A stretch of DNA of 63,103 nt, filler included, from Basidiobolus ranarum (lineage: Eukaryota): the NCBI GenBank assembly GCA_040143965.1. It is 3 parts of 3 records of this genome, joined end to end, with 100 filler letters (N's around TTAATTAATTAA, not from the genome) between each part and the next. Parts side by side here need not be neighbours in the genome. Positions count along the whole stretch, not along the records: positions 1 to 21,030 come from JASJQH010000215.1; positions 21,131 to 42,068 come from JASJQH010000216.1; 1 more part is not named here. The stretch is one strand, 5' to 3'. Shown piece by piece: positions 14,401-27,822 of the stretch. The position numbers and the translations under genes were made by a program. Below the pieces are notes generated by a model. It made no database searches. It saw only the letters and a program-made list of their open reading frames with translations, and had not been told where the DNA came from. Each line of letters opens with the position of its first letter. The first letter of the stretch is position 1.

Positions 14401-16633
14401 TGAAGGTTTACTCTAGGTACCACATATAACCATACAGCCAACAAGTCCTCTAAATTATAATGTCAACGCGCTCTTCCTTTGTATGATGTCAACCACTACC
14501 TAGTGTCTTTCAAGATATTTTGAACGTTCCAATTTAATGAATTATAAAAAGTGATAATCGGGTGGAGATTGTAGCTGGTAAATATGGTGTGGCATTATGG
14601 AAATATAGGAACATAATCAGCCATTCAGGTTCTTTTGGGTTCAATAGCAGCACAAACCATGATATGATTGTTCATTCCAGTGCCTGGGTTAAGGTATGAA
14701 TAATCCTGCTTGTACAATCAACAATTCATGCAGTCAGCATTGTATGCTAATGAGTAAGCAACTTTATACGCTTGTCCTTTGTTTTCAACAAATATTTTGT
14801 CAATTCGATACCCACAGATCCGTCAATGAAACATGTGTGTTAGAAAGTATACCGCAAATCTGATTTCTACTACGCGCAGTAGCTGTCTCCCGAGGTTTAA
14901 GGGATTGCGATGCGAAAGCGATGTGACAACATACAGAGACAGTCATGATCATGAGCTACAAAATATTAGTTTCTATTTACTTCCCATGTATGTGCTGACT
15001 TGATTCTCAAATATGTGGCCAATCTTATTCAACCTCATTCGACACAAAGCCTAATACATTCCTTGATTATTTACTGGAAAGTGCTGCGAAGCAAAGAGTG
15101 CATACAGAGATTCGATATCTCATCGAATGACTACAGACGTCAAATATACGTACTCCTAAAGAGAGTTTGAAAATCAGCAAGGTACACTAACCGTAGCGAT
15201 TCGTAGTGGATTTGAGGCTTTTTAGAGCAAAGCCCATTTCTCACTTGGTATAATGGAGATTATTGAGAAAGATTTCATTCTAGCTTACTAATTAGAGTGT
15301 ATATGCGCATATATAGACCTATTCAATGCTGGCAACAACTAACTAAGACCCTGCGGACCTATGAAAGGAAATATGTTATTAGATATTACCAAGTGAACGA
15401 ATGGGCCATTTGCCAAATGCTAGTAATATCTTCCATGTTTCAAGGGATTTCGCCATCATATGACAAGTTGGCCTTGGTTTTCGAACATAAATAGATGCAA
15501 ATATTACATAGATGAAGTTATAATGTCATCTAATACCGTTAAACGATTGACAACTCATGCATTGATGTACAGGCACATCCATTCTTTCGTGTTTCTATCC
15601 TAGATTTGATCGTGCGATACTCATTGCTCATGCATGACTAGATTCCACAGTCTATATTCGTATGAAAGGGTGATATCTAGTCATCAGATTCAATGCACTA
15701 TTTATATGCACAGATGCATCTACGAAATGCAAAGATCAATATATTCATGAGCCAGCTGTAAGTATCCAACTCGAGCCTCGTCCACAGCACTCATGTAAAG
15801 TCACATTGATTAATAGGCCTCTCAAATGACTCAAAGCCCATTCAAATAGTCAGATTCGAAATGTCATATGAGAGTCAGATGCTTGCTTAATCTAAACGGA
15901 GTGCATATCAGTATAAATGGGGCCATTGGGAAAATTCCCGGATAGACTTGTGATGATGGTCGCTGCTCATAAATCGTGCTTTTGAAGCCCAATATTACTT
16001 AAATCGTGATGAGTAAACCGCAAACTATGTATTCCAATGTCTTCTTGCACAGTATGAATCTTGAAGCCGGAAATCCGGAGTGGCCTGTTGCAAACTCGAA
16101 GTTACATTCTGTACAAACCAGCTAAATGACATTTCATTATCGAGGAACATTTTGCGAATTTAGTATCATGTTATTATATATTACTATTCCGCAAGACTTG
16201 TGATGCGTGCTTTAACTAAGCTCAGAGTGCCTCGATCAGAAATTACAATACTCTAGCTATTTATTGCCATCTTACTTTATTTCAATATCAAAACATTTCT
16301 GACATGGCCCGCTCACTTACAGATATTTACTTGACGATATCTATGCTAAGTGTGCTTAGAATCTTTCAGGCATATTATATCCAGCACAACAGTACACTTG
16401 CCACTGGAGTTTTAAATTGTACTACGATTGTATATCGTGACGACTAGTCGTAGACTTTCAACAATCTAGCTAGCTATAGTGCTTATCAGTCTATTAACCT
16501 CAACTTTACAATATGGAATGTTTGTTTATTTAGTTAGATAATGGTATGAGCATTCACTAGTTCGTCACTGATGTGAGCAACAAAATGATAATATTGAGGT
16601 CAATCTTACACAAGTCAGGCTCTCAAGAACCCT

Positions 16634-16840
16634 TTAAAATCCAATGCCGTATTTATAACCCAGCCTATGATATCTAGGACGTCGACCTGTCACAGAACCC
16701 AGAGAATTTGCGGTTTTGGGGATCCTGGAGGTGTAAGATTTCAACCGGCTTGTTAATCTCTTAACTCTGTTATATGAAAGGAATTGACTACTCGCAACTA
16801 GACCGGAAAATATGATTAGAAGTAGTAGGGGAAGGGACAT
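16634..16840 (-). CDS. 68-aa microprotein with N-terminal hydrophobic segment and C-terminal PRYHRLGYKYGIGF
   Basis: Intact ORF, TATATAAA ~65 nt upstream, and a paralog 1 kb away with the same C-terminal motif. Confidence 0.75.
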   Translation of the reverse strand: MSLPLLLLIIFSGLVASSQFLSYNRVKRLTSRLKSYTSRIPKTANSLGSVTGRRPRYHRLGYKYGIGF

Positions 16841-17804
16841 TATTAGTGTTTCGAAGTAGGGTATGTGTGAGATGATTTAAGATTATACCAGGAGAAGTCC
16901 GGGCTTTATATACAAGTAGTTAGCTAAACTATGATCGCAGCAATGCTCAAAACATCCATGAATATTCCCTGACAGGTGACAAATATGATCTCAAGTTCAA
17001 TTCAATTAGTTCAGGTCCTGAGCCTGCTACGTTAAAGGAACCTCGCTTGCTGTTTAGTATAGATGTATTGATGGTTTTTTAGTTGCACATATTGGTTATT
17101 ATAAACAGTATTCAGCTTGCAACATACATTGTAACTCTCGAGAAACGAATAAAGTGATAAGCAACAGGTATTTTACTCATTCAGATTTTCTACAGGTAGG
17201 AATAATTTGATGTTCAGTTGAATGTTGTACAGATTCCATGCAAGTAGAAATGCTATGGCGCATTGATATGGGCTAACATCATGATCCATGTTTCTTATCC
17301 ACCAGAGGGTGTGATACGTGCTCTGTGTATCTTCGATTAGGAGATTTGGCCAGGCTTAGAAATCGAAGCGTGATTTTACAATCAACAAAGAGATCCCAGT
17401 GTTAGTTTTCGTTAAAATAAATGGATGCATAGTTGTAGTTTGCAATGGGATGGTAGGGCTAAACTATCATGTATGTTGCATACTGCCAACGTGCAGAGAA
17501 ATTAATTTAAGCCATTTTATCAGTTAATCGTGGTATTTGCATAGAGTAGGACTTCATTTGTTTTATTCGTTATAATTTATACAGGGCTGAGGTAGAGTAT
17601 TCAGTCTCATATGGAACCATGAGCTAGTTGCCATGATAAGAAGAGAAAATATTGTGGGATAGACTCCGTTATGTGTAAAGAACAAACTTCTGTTATATGG
17701 AGTGGCTTAGACACGAAGATATTGTATTTAGCAAAATGGCATGGACAGGGGGGACTGATTGTACTCATTTTCGCCTGGAAAATAGCAACGATATCAGAGT
17801 TACT

Positions 17805-18002
17805 TCAGAAGCCTACTCCATACTTGTAACCAATCTTATGGTATCTCGGTGACTTGTGACTTTTCGTGAGTAAAGCAGTTGATTTAGCCACTGAGGGCAG
17901 CCATTTGTGTGGAAGAGCAAACAACTTACGTCTGATAGAGACAAAAGTATGAAGTAGGCTCAACAATATGGAAAAGATCAGAAATGTATAGGCAAGTTCC
18001 AT
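17805..18002 (-). CDS. 65-aa microprotein with N-terminal hydrophobic segment and C-terminal PRYHKIGYKYGVGF
   Basis: ATG at 18002 (MELAYTFLIFSILLSLL), TATATAA ~55 nt upstream, and the motif shared with 16634-16840. Confidence 0.75.
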   Translation of the reverse strand: MELAYTFLIFSILLSLLHTFVSIRRKLFALPHKWLPSVAKSTALLTKSHKSPRYHKIGYKYGVGF

Positions 18003-19235
18003 GTTCACTAAAAAGGTGGGTTAGTGTAGTATGACTTTGTTGGAAGAAGTGTGCAGCTTATATACCTTTTGCAATCTGATTTTTAATGTACTTGGAAGAT
18101 ATCGAATCCGAATCTGGCTATTCTATGCACTGTTTCTAACATAGCATAAGAAATGATACTAGAACTACGAGAATTCGCTCGTTAGCTACATACATTTGTA
18201 CGCAACAATACGCGCAGCTGATACATGAAGCATTCACACTCATGTTTTTCAATCGCACCAGGGGTAAGAGCTACTACGCTTCCATACAAATCACTCCAGC
18301 TGCTTAGGGAGCGTCATTTTGATTTACCTCAAAAGGAGTAAATCCTGATCAACAGACTATATTTTACTCATTCTTTTGGATGCTTTCCCGGAGTCTACAT
18401 GGAGATTGGTAAAACAATGACTGCAATGACGACACTCGTCTAAGCAATACTCACAACATGCAATCGGTTATAATGCTACATTATTCTTGCGATCGAAAGA
18501 TGCTATCGGAAACACCTCAAAGAATCGTTTCAAGATTTAAAACATTTTCACCAGATGTGATGATTCTGAGAATAGATAGGCAGTGTCTTGGCTCATTTCC
18601 AACTGATGCATCTAATTGTCACAATGTAACATCGAAAGAACAGGGATTGTCGGCTAGTCTGTCCTATTAACTGCTGTCTGCTTAGATACCCTATTCATTC
18701 AAATACACTAGTCAGTTTGATACCAATCAGAGTTGGCGTCATAGCATCTCCCTTACTTGGTCTGAGGTGCCCACAAATTGAGAATGGCTGCACGCAAAAT
18801 AATGACTTGAGTATGATGTAGTTATGAGGTACTTTCATATGGTTCTCATTTGACATGTCAATCGTTGTTAAGCTGCAACTGAAGATTATGAACGTTTGAA
18901 GGGATATAGGATGTATGCACAAGTTTCATAAATAATATTAACCCCATTGTATAGGTAGCCAATAAGAACAAAGATGAAAAGTCTTTTTATGCCTCCTGCC
19001 TGAGCATGAACAATTTAAATATCAGAACAACTTCAATCAAGCCTGAGCCATATTAGGAATCAATCAATCTTGCTAATAAACTTTTCACAGATGAGAATTC
19101 TCTAGTCTAGAGATGAAAAGCTCTGGAAACATGCCTACTAATACAGTAATGGTAAAAACATTGGACATTAGATATTGTAAAATAAAAATTGGCCAAGAAC
19201 AATTACAGAAAATCAATTTTATCTAACCACATATT

Positions 19236-19563
19236 TGTTGAAATTAGCATTGCCTAAACACCTATATAGTCATATATAGCTTAGTACTTAGTTATCTTAT
19301 AATTCACCAAGATATTATCCATTATTCTCAATTGGAATTTACTTAGAATATTTTTCACAACTTAGAAGTTCTCAGATATATAGATTTTTCAAACTTGTGC
19401 TAGAAGCCCCAAACTTTGCACACATGCTCCTGGGACCTTCCTTAACACATTCTACATGTTTGTTTGTTTGCATCTTGACAAAACTATAAATGTCAACTTT
19501 CTACTCAATAAATCAACAAGTGAAAACCACCAATTCCTCTAATTCTCCAAACCACTTCCAACA
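19236..19563 (+). mobile_element. LTR-like repeat (TGTTG...CAACA), copy 1
   Basis: Starts TGTTGAAA and ends TTCCAACA, with an internal CTATAAA (~19485) and AATAAA (~19507). The first ~210 bp match 41875-42068, and similarity starts exactly at the TG. No matching target-site duplication (TSD) seen. Confidence 0.7.
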
Positions 19564-20431
19564 GGCTCCCAAATACTTTAACATATTCAAGTACCTAAGT
19601 ATCCATAAACCATGTTTAGCATGATCAATATTCAATTAGCTAGTATTTTGTGAGTCTAAATCTTCACACAAATTTTGGATATATCTGAAACTTTCACACC
19701 AATGCAAAACTCCACAGATTTTAACCCCAACATCCTGCTAATATGCTTCTTCAATTCTGACGTAAGTGCAAATAATTATTTTCAATTCAATAAAACAAGT
19801 GCAAATTACTTATTTATTCTAATTACCCTAAACGCTTCCTACCCATCTCAGAAACTCACAACAAAAACAGTTAATTATTGTATATGCAAGCTTCACGTGC
19901 CTCCACTAAGATAAATCATTTCAGACTTGAATGTTTTACTAATCTTTGAATATGTTTTCTAAATCTGAAAATCTGAAAATTCTTGATCTAACGAAGAGTA
20001 AATACATTATGTAGATCATTCTTTAGTGCCTACCAGTGCTTACATTTTCCAACAGTAACAACAGCCCGGACTGGTACTTATTGGAACTTGCGATTACTAG
20101 ATTGTTCACCATGTATTATATTCCATTTGACACATCTCCTACTGCTAATTGTTTTATTACAAATGCCAAATTAAGATATCTAATCATTAATGTCTAATAC
20201 ACGAGATTCTGCGTTAAGAACAAACTCCCTGTAACAACACAGTCAAAAAGAATTGGAGTTTACAGAATCAGGATATATATATACAAGATTCTAATGAAAA
20301 GCATTTGGATTGCTATGTATAAACGAGAGTATATTATATATGAATGCATAAATGAACAAGCAGACATTGATATCGATTTAGAATTGCTACAAGGATAGCA
20401 GAAACTTGAATATTCATTCCTTTAGATATTC

Positions 20432-21030
20432 TTATAAAATTGTACAATACGAGGACCAAATTCTCTCAGGATAACGATTCTCTTCGGTGAGTTCATCCCA
20501 TTGCGTACCGTACATCCAAAAATTGAAGTCTTTCTTTTCATACTGTAAGTGTACTTTACTCAATGACAAAACGTCCACTGATAGTCGTTGTGCCAGAACT
20601 CTTTCATATGACGACCCAGCAGTCTGATTTCGAGAATTGGAGGCAGAGACAACATATCTGCAAGCGTCCATTATATTATCAGCTAAAGCAGCAGAGTCAA
20701 ATGCAACACCTGGTAACTCTTCTTTATCGACGTTTACATTGTAAGTTAATGGGATATTTGTAATTGTAATTGGGTGAATCACCGCGAAAGGTAAATATCT
20801 GCTTTCCTTATAGCCTGAGGTTACGATCGAGCCATGGTTGCTTTTTTCCCAGATATTAGCACTTGAGCCCTCACGCTCCCGCCACAATTCAAAATCAGCC
20901 ATGTCACGCGCAACAATGTGGGAATTCTCACGAGTTTTAAAATGAACCATAACAAAACTGCTTTTTTTCAGTAACCCACTACCATGACAGTCCTTCCATT
21001 TGCTCCGGCCAGTATGATTTCAATTGGAGC
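20432..21030 (-). CDS. SSUH2-like protein, 3' part only (truncated by the spacer), with CaaX terminus
   Basis: The frame extends upstream of the listed ORF as SN*NHTGRSKWKDCHGSG (degenerate CxxCxGxG repeats). It ends FWMYG...YPERIWSSYCTIL, resembling the SSUH2 C-terminus as I recall it. Confidence 0.65.
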
Positions 21031-21130
21031 NNNNNNNNNNNNNNNNNNNNNNNNNNNNNNNNNNNNNNNNNNNNTTAATTAATTAANNNNNNNNNNNNNN
21101 NNNNNNNNNNNNNNNNNNNNNNNNNNNNNN
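21031..21130. other. Artificial assembly spacer (N44-TTAATTAATTAA-N44)
   Basis: N run containing a six-frame stop linker. Confidence 0.97.
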
Positions 21131-21883
21131 CATCTATTAAGTGATCTTAAGTAAAAGCTTTGCAGTGGCGTGAGCCTGAACCTACTCCTTTCCAAGCGGG
21201 CTAAGATTATGGCTGCGGATTCATGGGTATACGCTGTATCCCTGGTGGGCGCTTTTTGCTTACTAATACAAGACTGCTGGTTGTGCAGGGTGAGTTGCTA
21301 AAATAGATTACCGAGTTTGATTTGTTCAGGCAAGCTGTGACACCAATCATATACGGTTATAGAGATTTTGAGAGTCCTGTAAATTCATAAGTTTTAACAA
21401 ATAGAGATTTTTGAATAGCGCTATGCTTTAGTAATATATTCCTGAAGTTAACGAACTGCGATTGGCTTTTGTTCAATCTGACTCAGAATCCTATAATTTA
21501 TTAAGACATTCACACATTATATTGGTGGATTTAGTAATATGGGGTAAGATATGAGAATAAGAAGCAAGTGATTTATACTAGCTTGGTTATATGATTGTCT
21601 AATAGGCAGTTGTCTAGGTTTTCGTACCAACAATATTCGTTTTAAGCAGTGGGTCGTTTGAGCAAGTTCACAAAGAAATTAGGGAGGCTCGAATATTTAT
21701 TATCGATAAGAGAGCTGGTGATTCTCGAACTCGACACTTTTGAAAACTATAACTGTGGTTTCGACTAGTTGATGGAAGAGAAAAGAAAAAGTGGATTTGT
21801 CATCCTAAATTTCTAGTTTCTATAAATAAAGAAACAATCCCAGGTACTCAGCATTGTATTCAACCATAGTCTCTCCATTGAAC

Positions 21884-22790
21884 ATGCCTGCTACTGAGAA
21901 TTCACGCTATGAACTATACTACTGGCCTGCCACTGGCAGAGGTGAGGCCATTCGCCTCCTTCTTCAATACGGCAAAGTACTGTACCATTCGAGAGAATTG
22001 GCATAATCTTGAGGTGCCACTAACCAATGATTTATAACAGGCAAACTGGTCCGAACGTCATCCCACTGTAAGTTGTTGATCGGAAAGAAATCAGAAAAGA
22101 CCTCCATATAACAGGATGTATCTTTTATTTTCAGAACTGGCCCGAAGAAAAGCCCAACACTCCTTTTGGATGTCTTCCTGTCCTCATAGAACACCGCGAG
22201 GATGGTTCAGTAAGTAAACTCTAGGTAGACATCACCCAAAATCTCGATTCAGGATACCTACATGGTTTATTGATATATAGGAATTTCAACTTGCTGAAAG
22301 TCATTCTATCGAGCGTTACCTTGCTCGTAAATTTGGTAAGCGATAATAATAATAATGAGCATATATCTAGTGGAAAGCTTATGTATTTGATGGACAAATA
22401 GATCTTATTGGCTCCAATGAACGTGAAGCTGCCTTAATTGACAGTTTCGCAGAGGGATGGGCTAATCTGATGAATGATATGGTTCAATCTCACTTCGGCA
22501 AAACTGACGAGGCTAAAGAGGCTGGTAAGGAACAGTTCAAAAAGTCCTCTAGTGAGATTATACAATACCATGAGAAGCAACTCAAGAAGAATGGAAACGG
22601 CTACTATTTTGGGAACAAGCTGTCTCTTGTTGATATCTTGGCATATAACACGCTTCAATCATTGAAGGGTGTAGGAAGTAAGGTTTTCGACGAGGTTTCT
22701 AGCTTCAAAAAGCTTATTGAGAATGTTGAGAGCGACTCCGTTATCGGATCGTACGCTCAAGAACGCCTCAGTGCTTACAAACCAGTTTAG
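21884..22790 (+). CDS. Glutathione S-transferase (Tyr-type, sigma-like), multi-exon
   Basis: MPATENSRYELYYWPATGRGEAIRLLLQYGK, WPEEKPNTPFGCLPVL, LAESHSIERYLARKF, and C-terminal GYYFGNKLSLVDI, joined by GT-AG introns. Confidence 0.92.
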
Positions 22791-24353
22791 AAGATCAACA
22801 ATGGCCATATCTTGTATGTACATTCCTTAGGGGTAGTTATGCAGTAACCATCCGGCTCAATAAATATTCGGATATCTCTTTTCAAAACCCATACGTTATG
22901 TACATTATGAGTGGTGGGATTAGCTTCAATGACGATAATTAAGATTTGAGTAGGGCAACTAAAAGGCTGAAGAGGTGGAGTCTCAAATTTCTTAGCATTT
23001 ATATAGGACTCAACAGATGTAAACTAGAATCAGAATGACTTAACAATGATTTGATGATTATGATGAGACTTACGCACTTAATTAATAGTAGTAGCTGTGT
23101 CAATATAGTACTAGTAACATTAAGGCAACTCTTTGGACTAGTAATTGTACTAATGGCATACTTTCATACCAAATCTTACTAATATCGAGGAAAGCCTCGG
23201 GTGTAGCTAGATGAATAGCTTGGATTATCTAACTTCATATCTGATGTGTAGAACTAACCAAAGCACACACGATAGGTCAAAATTCTAATGTGGTAAAATT
23301 TCCAGCAAGGCAGATTGTCTGATGATAAAGGAAAATATTCGAGTCGGCAATTAATGATTAAACATCCCGGCATTGTGGGTTTCTAGAAATCCTGATTAAA
23401 GATATTTACCACGCAGAGACGAGTTCCAAAATCGCAATCATTCTTATGTTCATGATGACTTCAGCATTAAAGCTAGACTAAGATGATAATTCTCATCTTA
23501 CTAGTGATGACGATGTGTATCTCAAACCATTGTCGTTTTTAATCAACCTAAATGCATACTCCGCCTGACGATACTTCCATCCCCTGAGAACCTGATCAGA
23601 GCATCGAAAATCCACTATATAGTCCGATAAAAAGAATATTTACGCTGCTATTAGCTCTCCAATGCATTGTGCCTGGTCCATGCGTGGTAGCCTATATGTT
23701 CTTTCCTCATATATCACTATTGTATACCTAGCCAATATCACAATTCTGTAGCTTTCATGTATCATAAATGAAGCAAATTACACTTCGGTCTCTTCAGATT
23801 CCGGAAAACCAGCTTTCTTTGCCCAGAACTTACCTATACAGCTCTCGATACAACCTAGTAAGTAAAGATTACATATTTCTCGTTAGTTCTGCAACCAATA
23901 AATTCAAATACTTGTATCAAAATCCCTTACAAGATTGCTTAAACGCGTGACTAATGCATATTAGGTAGCAGTACAGGCCAAGATCCATATGCATTAATCA
24001 CTTCGTTAGTAGGTCTTCAATGCTTTTACCTGCAGGACCCGTGATATATGCGGTATCGGTTACAGCGGGATTCTTTCGCATCAAGAGGGATATATGCCTA
24101 GCTGTGAGCAATGAGAAGTTTATAAGAGCTGTCCAACTGCCTATCTATCATGCTACTTGTTCGAATTTTTTGTTGCGTTTGATTTCTCGTATATAGACAG
24201 GTCTCTTTGTTCTTAGTATTGTTTACTCACTGAATTAGTCAATCGCCTTTCGAAACTTATATCTGAATATTCCCGATTATTCATTCCCAGTACACGCCCT
24301 ACAGCTCTAGAATCCGTTATCAAACAGTCAGATTTCAGTATTTTACTTGTAAA

Positions 24354-24917
24354 ATGATAAAGATGATAGGATTTGTGCTTACGGTTCAACTGTTGTTTAT
24401 CATTCATATGGCTACTGTACAATCAGTTGAAGTTTTGGATATCATTGAGTGCCGAGCCTGTTTCTCTGCATTAGCTCCTGGATGTAAGGAAAAGATGTCA
24501 AGTGCGGATACAAACTCTAGTAATGCGGCAGCGGCGATGAGAGACTGCATGTGTACTAAACAGTATTTCAACGCATTCACTGCATGTGGGGCATGTTCCG
24601 CAAAATCAATGAATTCCAATATTCTACCAGATCAAGCTTCGTTAGAGAATTTGAAGATTTCCTGCGCTGCGATCGGAACGAATATTGACCAAAACTTGTC
24701 GACTGGTGCTGGTACCGCAGGCAATGGCAGTATAGGTGCAAGTGTCAATAACGGAAACAGCGGTCAGGCCCAAAATGGCAATGGCAATAGTAACTCCTAT
24801 GACAATAATTATGGAAACAGTATGAACAATAGGCGCAGCAACAGTAATATCAAGCTTAAATCATCCTTCTATTCTTTAATCTTCCCTTTGTGTCTTCTAA
24901 TTACGTACTTTTGTTGA
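24354..24917 (+). CDS. Secreted 8-Cys protein with G/N-rich linker and GPI-like hydrophobic tail
   Basis: Signal peptide, CRAC...C...CMC...CGAC...C, low-complexity spacer, hydrophobic C-terminus. Confidence 0.8.
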   Translation: MIKMIGFVLTVQLLFIIHMATVQSVEVLDIIECRACFSALAPGCKEKMSSADTNSSNAAAAMRDCMCTKQYFNAFTACGACSAKSMNSNILPDQASLENLKISCAAIGTNIDQNLSTGAGTAGNGSIGASVNNGNSGQAQNGNGNSNSYDNNYGNSMNNRRSNSNIKLKSSFYSLIFPLCLLITYFC

Positions 24918-25417
24918 TCATTCCATTTCCAAGGCAATATCCAAGTAAATTAACTCTAGTATGTATTAGTCAAAGTAGTTCGATGGCCATTAATTGTATG
25001 CTGGGACCAGTTGTCGCTTCACTGGTCTGTCAATCATTTCATGCCACTACCATACATATAAGATTGGACAGGCATATCGCCTTAAAAGGACAACTCATTA
25101 AGAGAATTGCTTACAAATCGTGATTTCAAATGCCCTGTGCCCTTAATCCTATTGATGGCACATCATTTGATTCTTATACGTCTTCTGCTGATAATGTAAA
25201 ATTCCTTTCGTTCCAACTTCTTCCTGCAAAGCACAAACCATGTTTTACACACACTTCCACCAACTAAAGACACTCCGTCTTTAGGGCGGCCATGGTTATT
25301 TCAGAGTTATAAAAGTACCATTTCTCTCATCAACCCTAGGCACAGAAACACGATAGAAAAATGATGGAATATCCATAAATCTGCAATTGAATATCTTTAT
25401 TTGGTCAACTAGAACTC

Positions 25418-26840
25418 TCATTCATTTTTAATGCTCACAATTTTGTCCCCCTTGTGCAGATGCAATTTTGTCCAGAACTGGAAGAAGTTCACCGTTGTCC
25501 TGACTGATCTCCCATAGCATGACACCCTTGAGATTCATGCAACCAGCGTATTGCACCTTCCTAGCAAGTGACTGAGGATCGTCGTACCTTCATAACAAAA
25601 GGTTTAGCTCAATTGAATTCAATGAAAACCGCACTTAGAGTCACTTACGATATATATTGCTTTGTACCGGGATTATACAACCACGGGGTTTGGGTAATAT
25701 TGTCATATTGTCGAATCCAGGGGCTATTGGCGGTGGTTGGATTACTTAGATATTGACGGATTTTGATCCAGTCAATGCTTTTAGAAAAGCCCCCTCCTGC
25801 ACAGTTGTGTTCATTAGAGCCTCCCTGAACTGCCACAAACTGTTCGTGTGGTTGATTGGTGGCCATACTGTTTATCGCGTACATCGAATGCCCATAAAAT
25901 GCAGTTCCGATCGTTAATTTGGAATTTGGAACTCCAGCTTTCATCCAACTTTGTACTCCATCAACAACGCTGGTAGCCGCTCCACCAGATCCTTTTACTA
26001 GCGGTGCATTTGGGCCAGTCACAAGCCCCCAGATGCCATTCAAATCGTAAGTCATCAAATTTATCCAATCAAAGATTTCCGAAAACTCGCGCACATCACT
26101 TGAAGGCTTTCCATCGGCACCTGCGAAAGGAGTGGTTGCAGTGGCAGCGGTGATCAGTTTGTTACCCACCGTACTGCGTAGAAGTTTCAAGAATTCCAAG
26201 AAATTGGCCGTGTCTTGGGGGGATATTTGATTACCACATGCACCCTGTACACCTGGATACTCCCAACTATTCAAAAAGATCGCGTAAGTAAATCAACCAC
26301 AGATAGTAAGAAATGATAGATATGTCAATTAAATTGATAAACAGTTGTGCTCTACTATCTGGAAAAGTAATTATCGTTATTACTTACTCGAGATCAATCC
26401 CATCCAATTTGTACTGATCCATGATTGATTTTATAGAATTTGCGAATGTCTGTCGTGATCCAGGTGAAGCAACTATAGAGCTGAAGGTAGCCGAACCACC
26501 CCAACCACCCAAGGAGAGCAATACTTGGGTGTTGGCAGAATGGGCGGCAGTAACTAGGCTCCCAAGGGCTGAAGGAGCTGTAACAGCCCCGGAAGCTTGA
26601 GGGATAGCGAATGCTACAGAGAGAAGTCATTGATTAGATGAGATATGAATCACAAATGTCTTAGACTTACTTACCATAGTTAACATGCGTGATCTTGGAG
26701 AAATCCACTGAGTTGGGTGAAAACCCAGTCCAATCTGCCCAATAGGCAACCACTATTTTCCCATCAGAGCCCACAGGTCTTGCTTGGATGGTGGAGTTGA
26801 ATAAGAGCAAGATGCTAGCACAAAGGTATGTTGACTTCAT
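25418..26840 (-). CDS. Secreted GH18 chitinase, 4 exons
   Basis: Signal peptide, VVAYWADW, KITHVNYAF, SLGGWGGS, catalytic DGIDLD/WEYPG across an intron, INLMTYDLNG, and final exon YDDPQSLARKVQYA...GVMLWEISQD. Confidence 0.95.
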
Positions 26841-27822
26841 GGCAAGAAAATGGGGTTCTCTCAAATGGGATTGTAGAGGGTCTTTTGAGAAGAGTGAGCT
26901 ACTTTGGTGTGTTTAAATAATGCTGTGAAAACCAAGGCTGCTGAGCCCACATCTGAGGGTGGATGAGACCTTCTGAGGCCTATTCATTTTGGATTTAATT
27001 AGATGTGCCTATTTAGTCACAAATTAAAAACATCTCTCCCCGTATCAAGTAACAATGCGACCGGCTGTGGTATTAAAAAGTACATCGATTTACATTGTAT
27101 CAAGTAGATCACTCGCGTACTTGGTACTGGACTTGATATCGAGTCAAGTATCGAATGACAAATTTAGCTCGTAGGGTGGGACTCTATTGGCTGATGCTTT
27201 CATCTGGGGATTATCATATAGAATAACCAGAGTTTGATGGCAAGCAGAATTTAATCTAGCCTTTAAAATAGCTCTGGCGGGTTATTATCTCAGATTAATG
27301 ACAATCCATGACTAAAAATAACATACATGCCTTCATACATGTAAAACCTGGCATTCGCTTTTCAAGGGTATGTGTCAAAATTAGTAGCCTCCGAGTTAGT
27401 TGCAGTCTCTAGGATCAACAGACCGGGGCAAAGATCTCTGGAGTGTCGATTTGAAGAGTCTTTGATCACGATTCACATCTACGAGAACAGGTTTACAGTC
27501 GGACAAATCAAAGCTCGCTCTTTGCAACAGTACCGAGTAGCAACATCGCAGAGAAAGATTCCCGTTGACATGATGGGAATTGAGTCAGTGTTTGAAACAT
27601 CTATAGGTTAGGTCATATAGACCGAATATTAACAAGTAATATGTTTATTATGGATTTGTAGAGATTCTGAGGTAAGCCTACATAAATATGATATGGATTC
27701 TTCATGATTCAGTAGGTGAGGAGACTACAACAAGATTCGATAGGGTAATTTTTCATCTCAAAATGGGAAACGCAATTCAGATTACAAATGTAAAATAGAA
27801 TTATCTGTAGCCCATATGTACA

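Noticed and set aside
21194-21208. AGCGGGCTAAGAT shared with ~60058
   Set aside because: An isolated 13-mer with no extension; probably chance.
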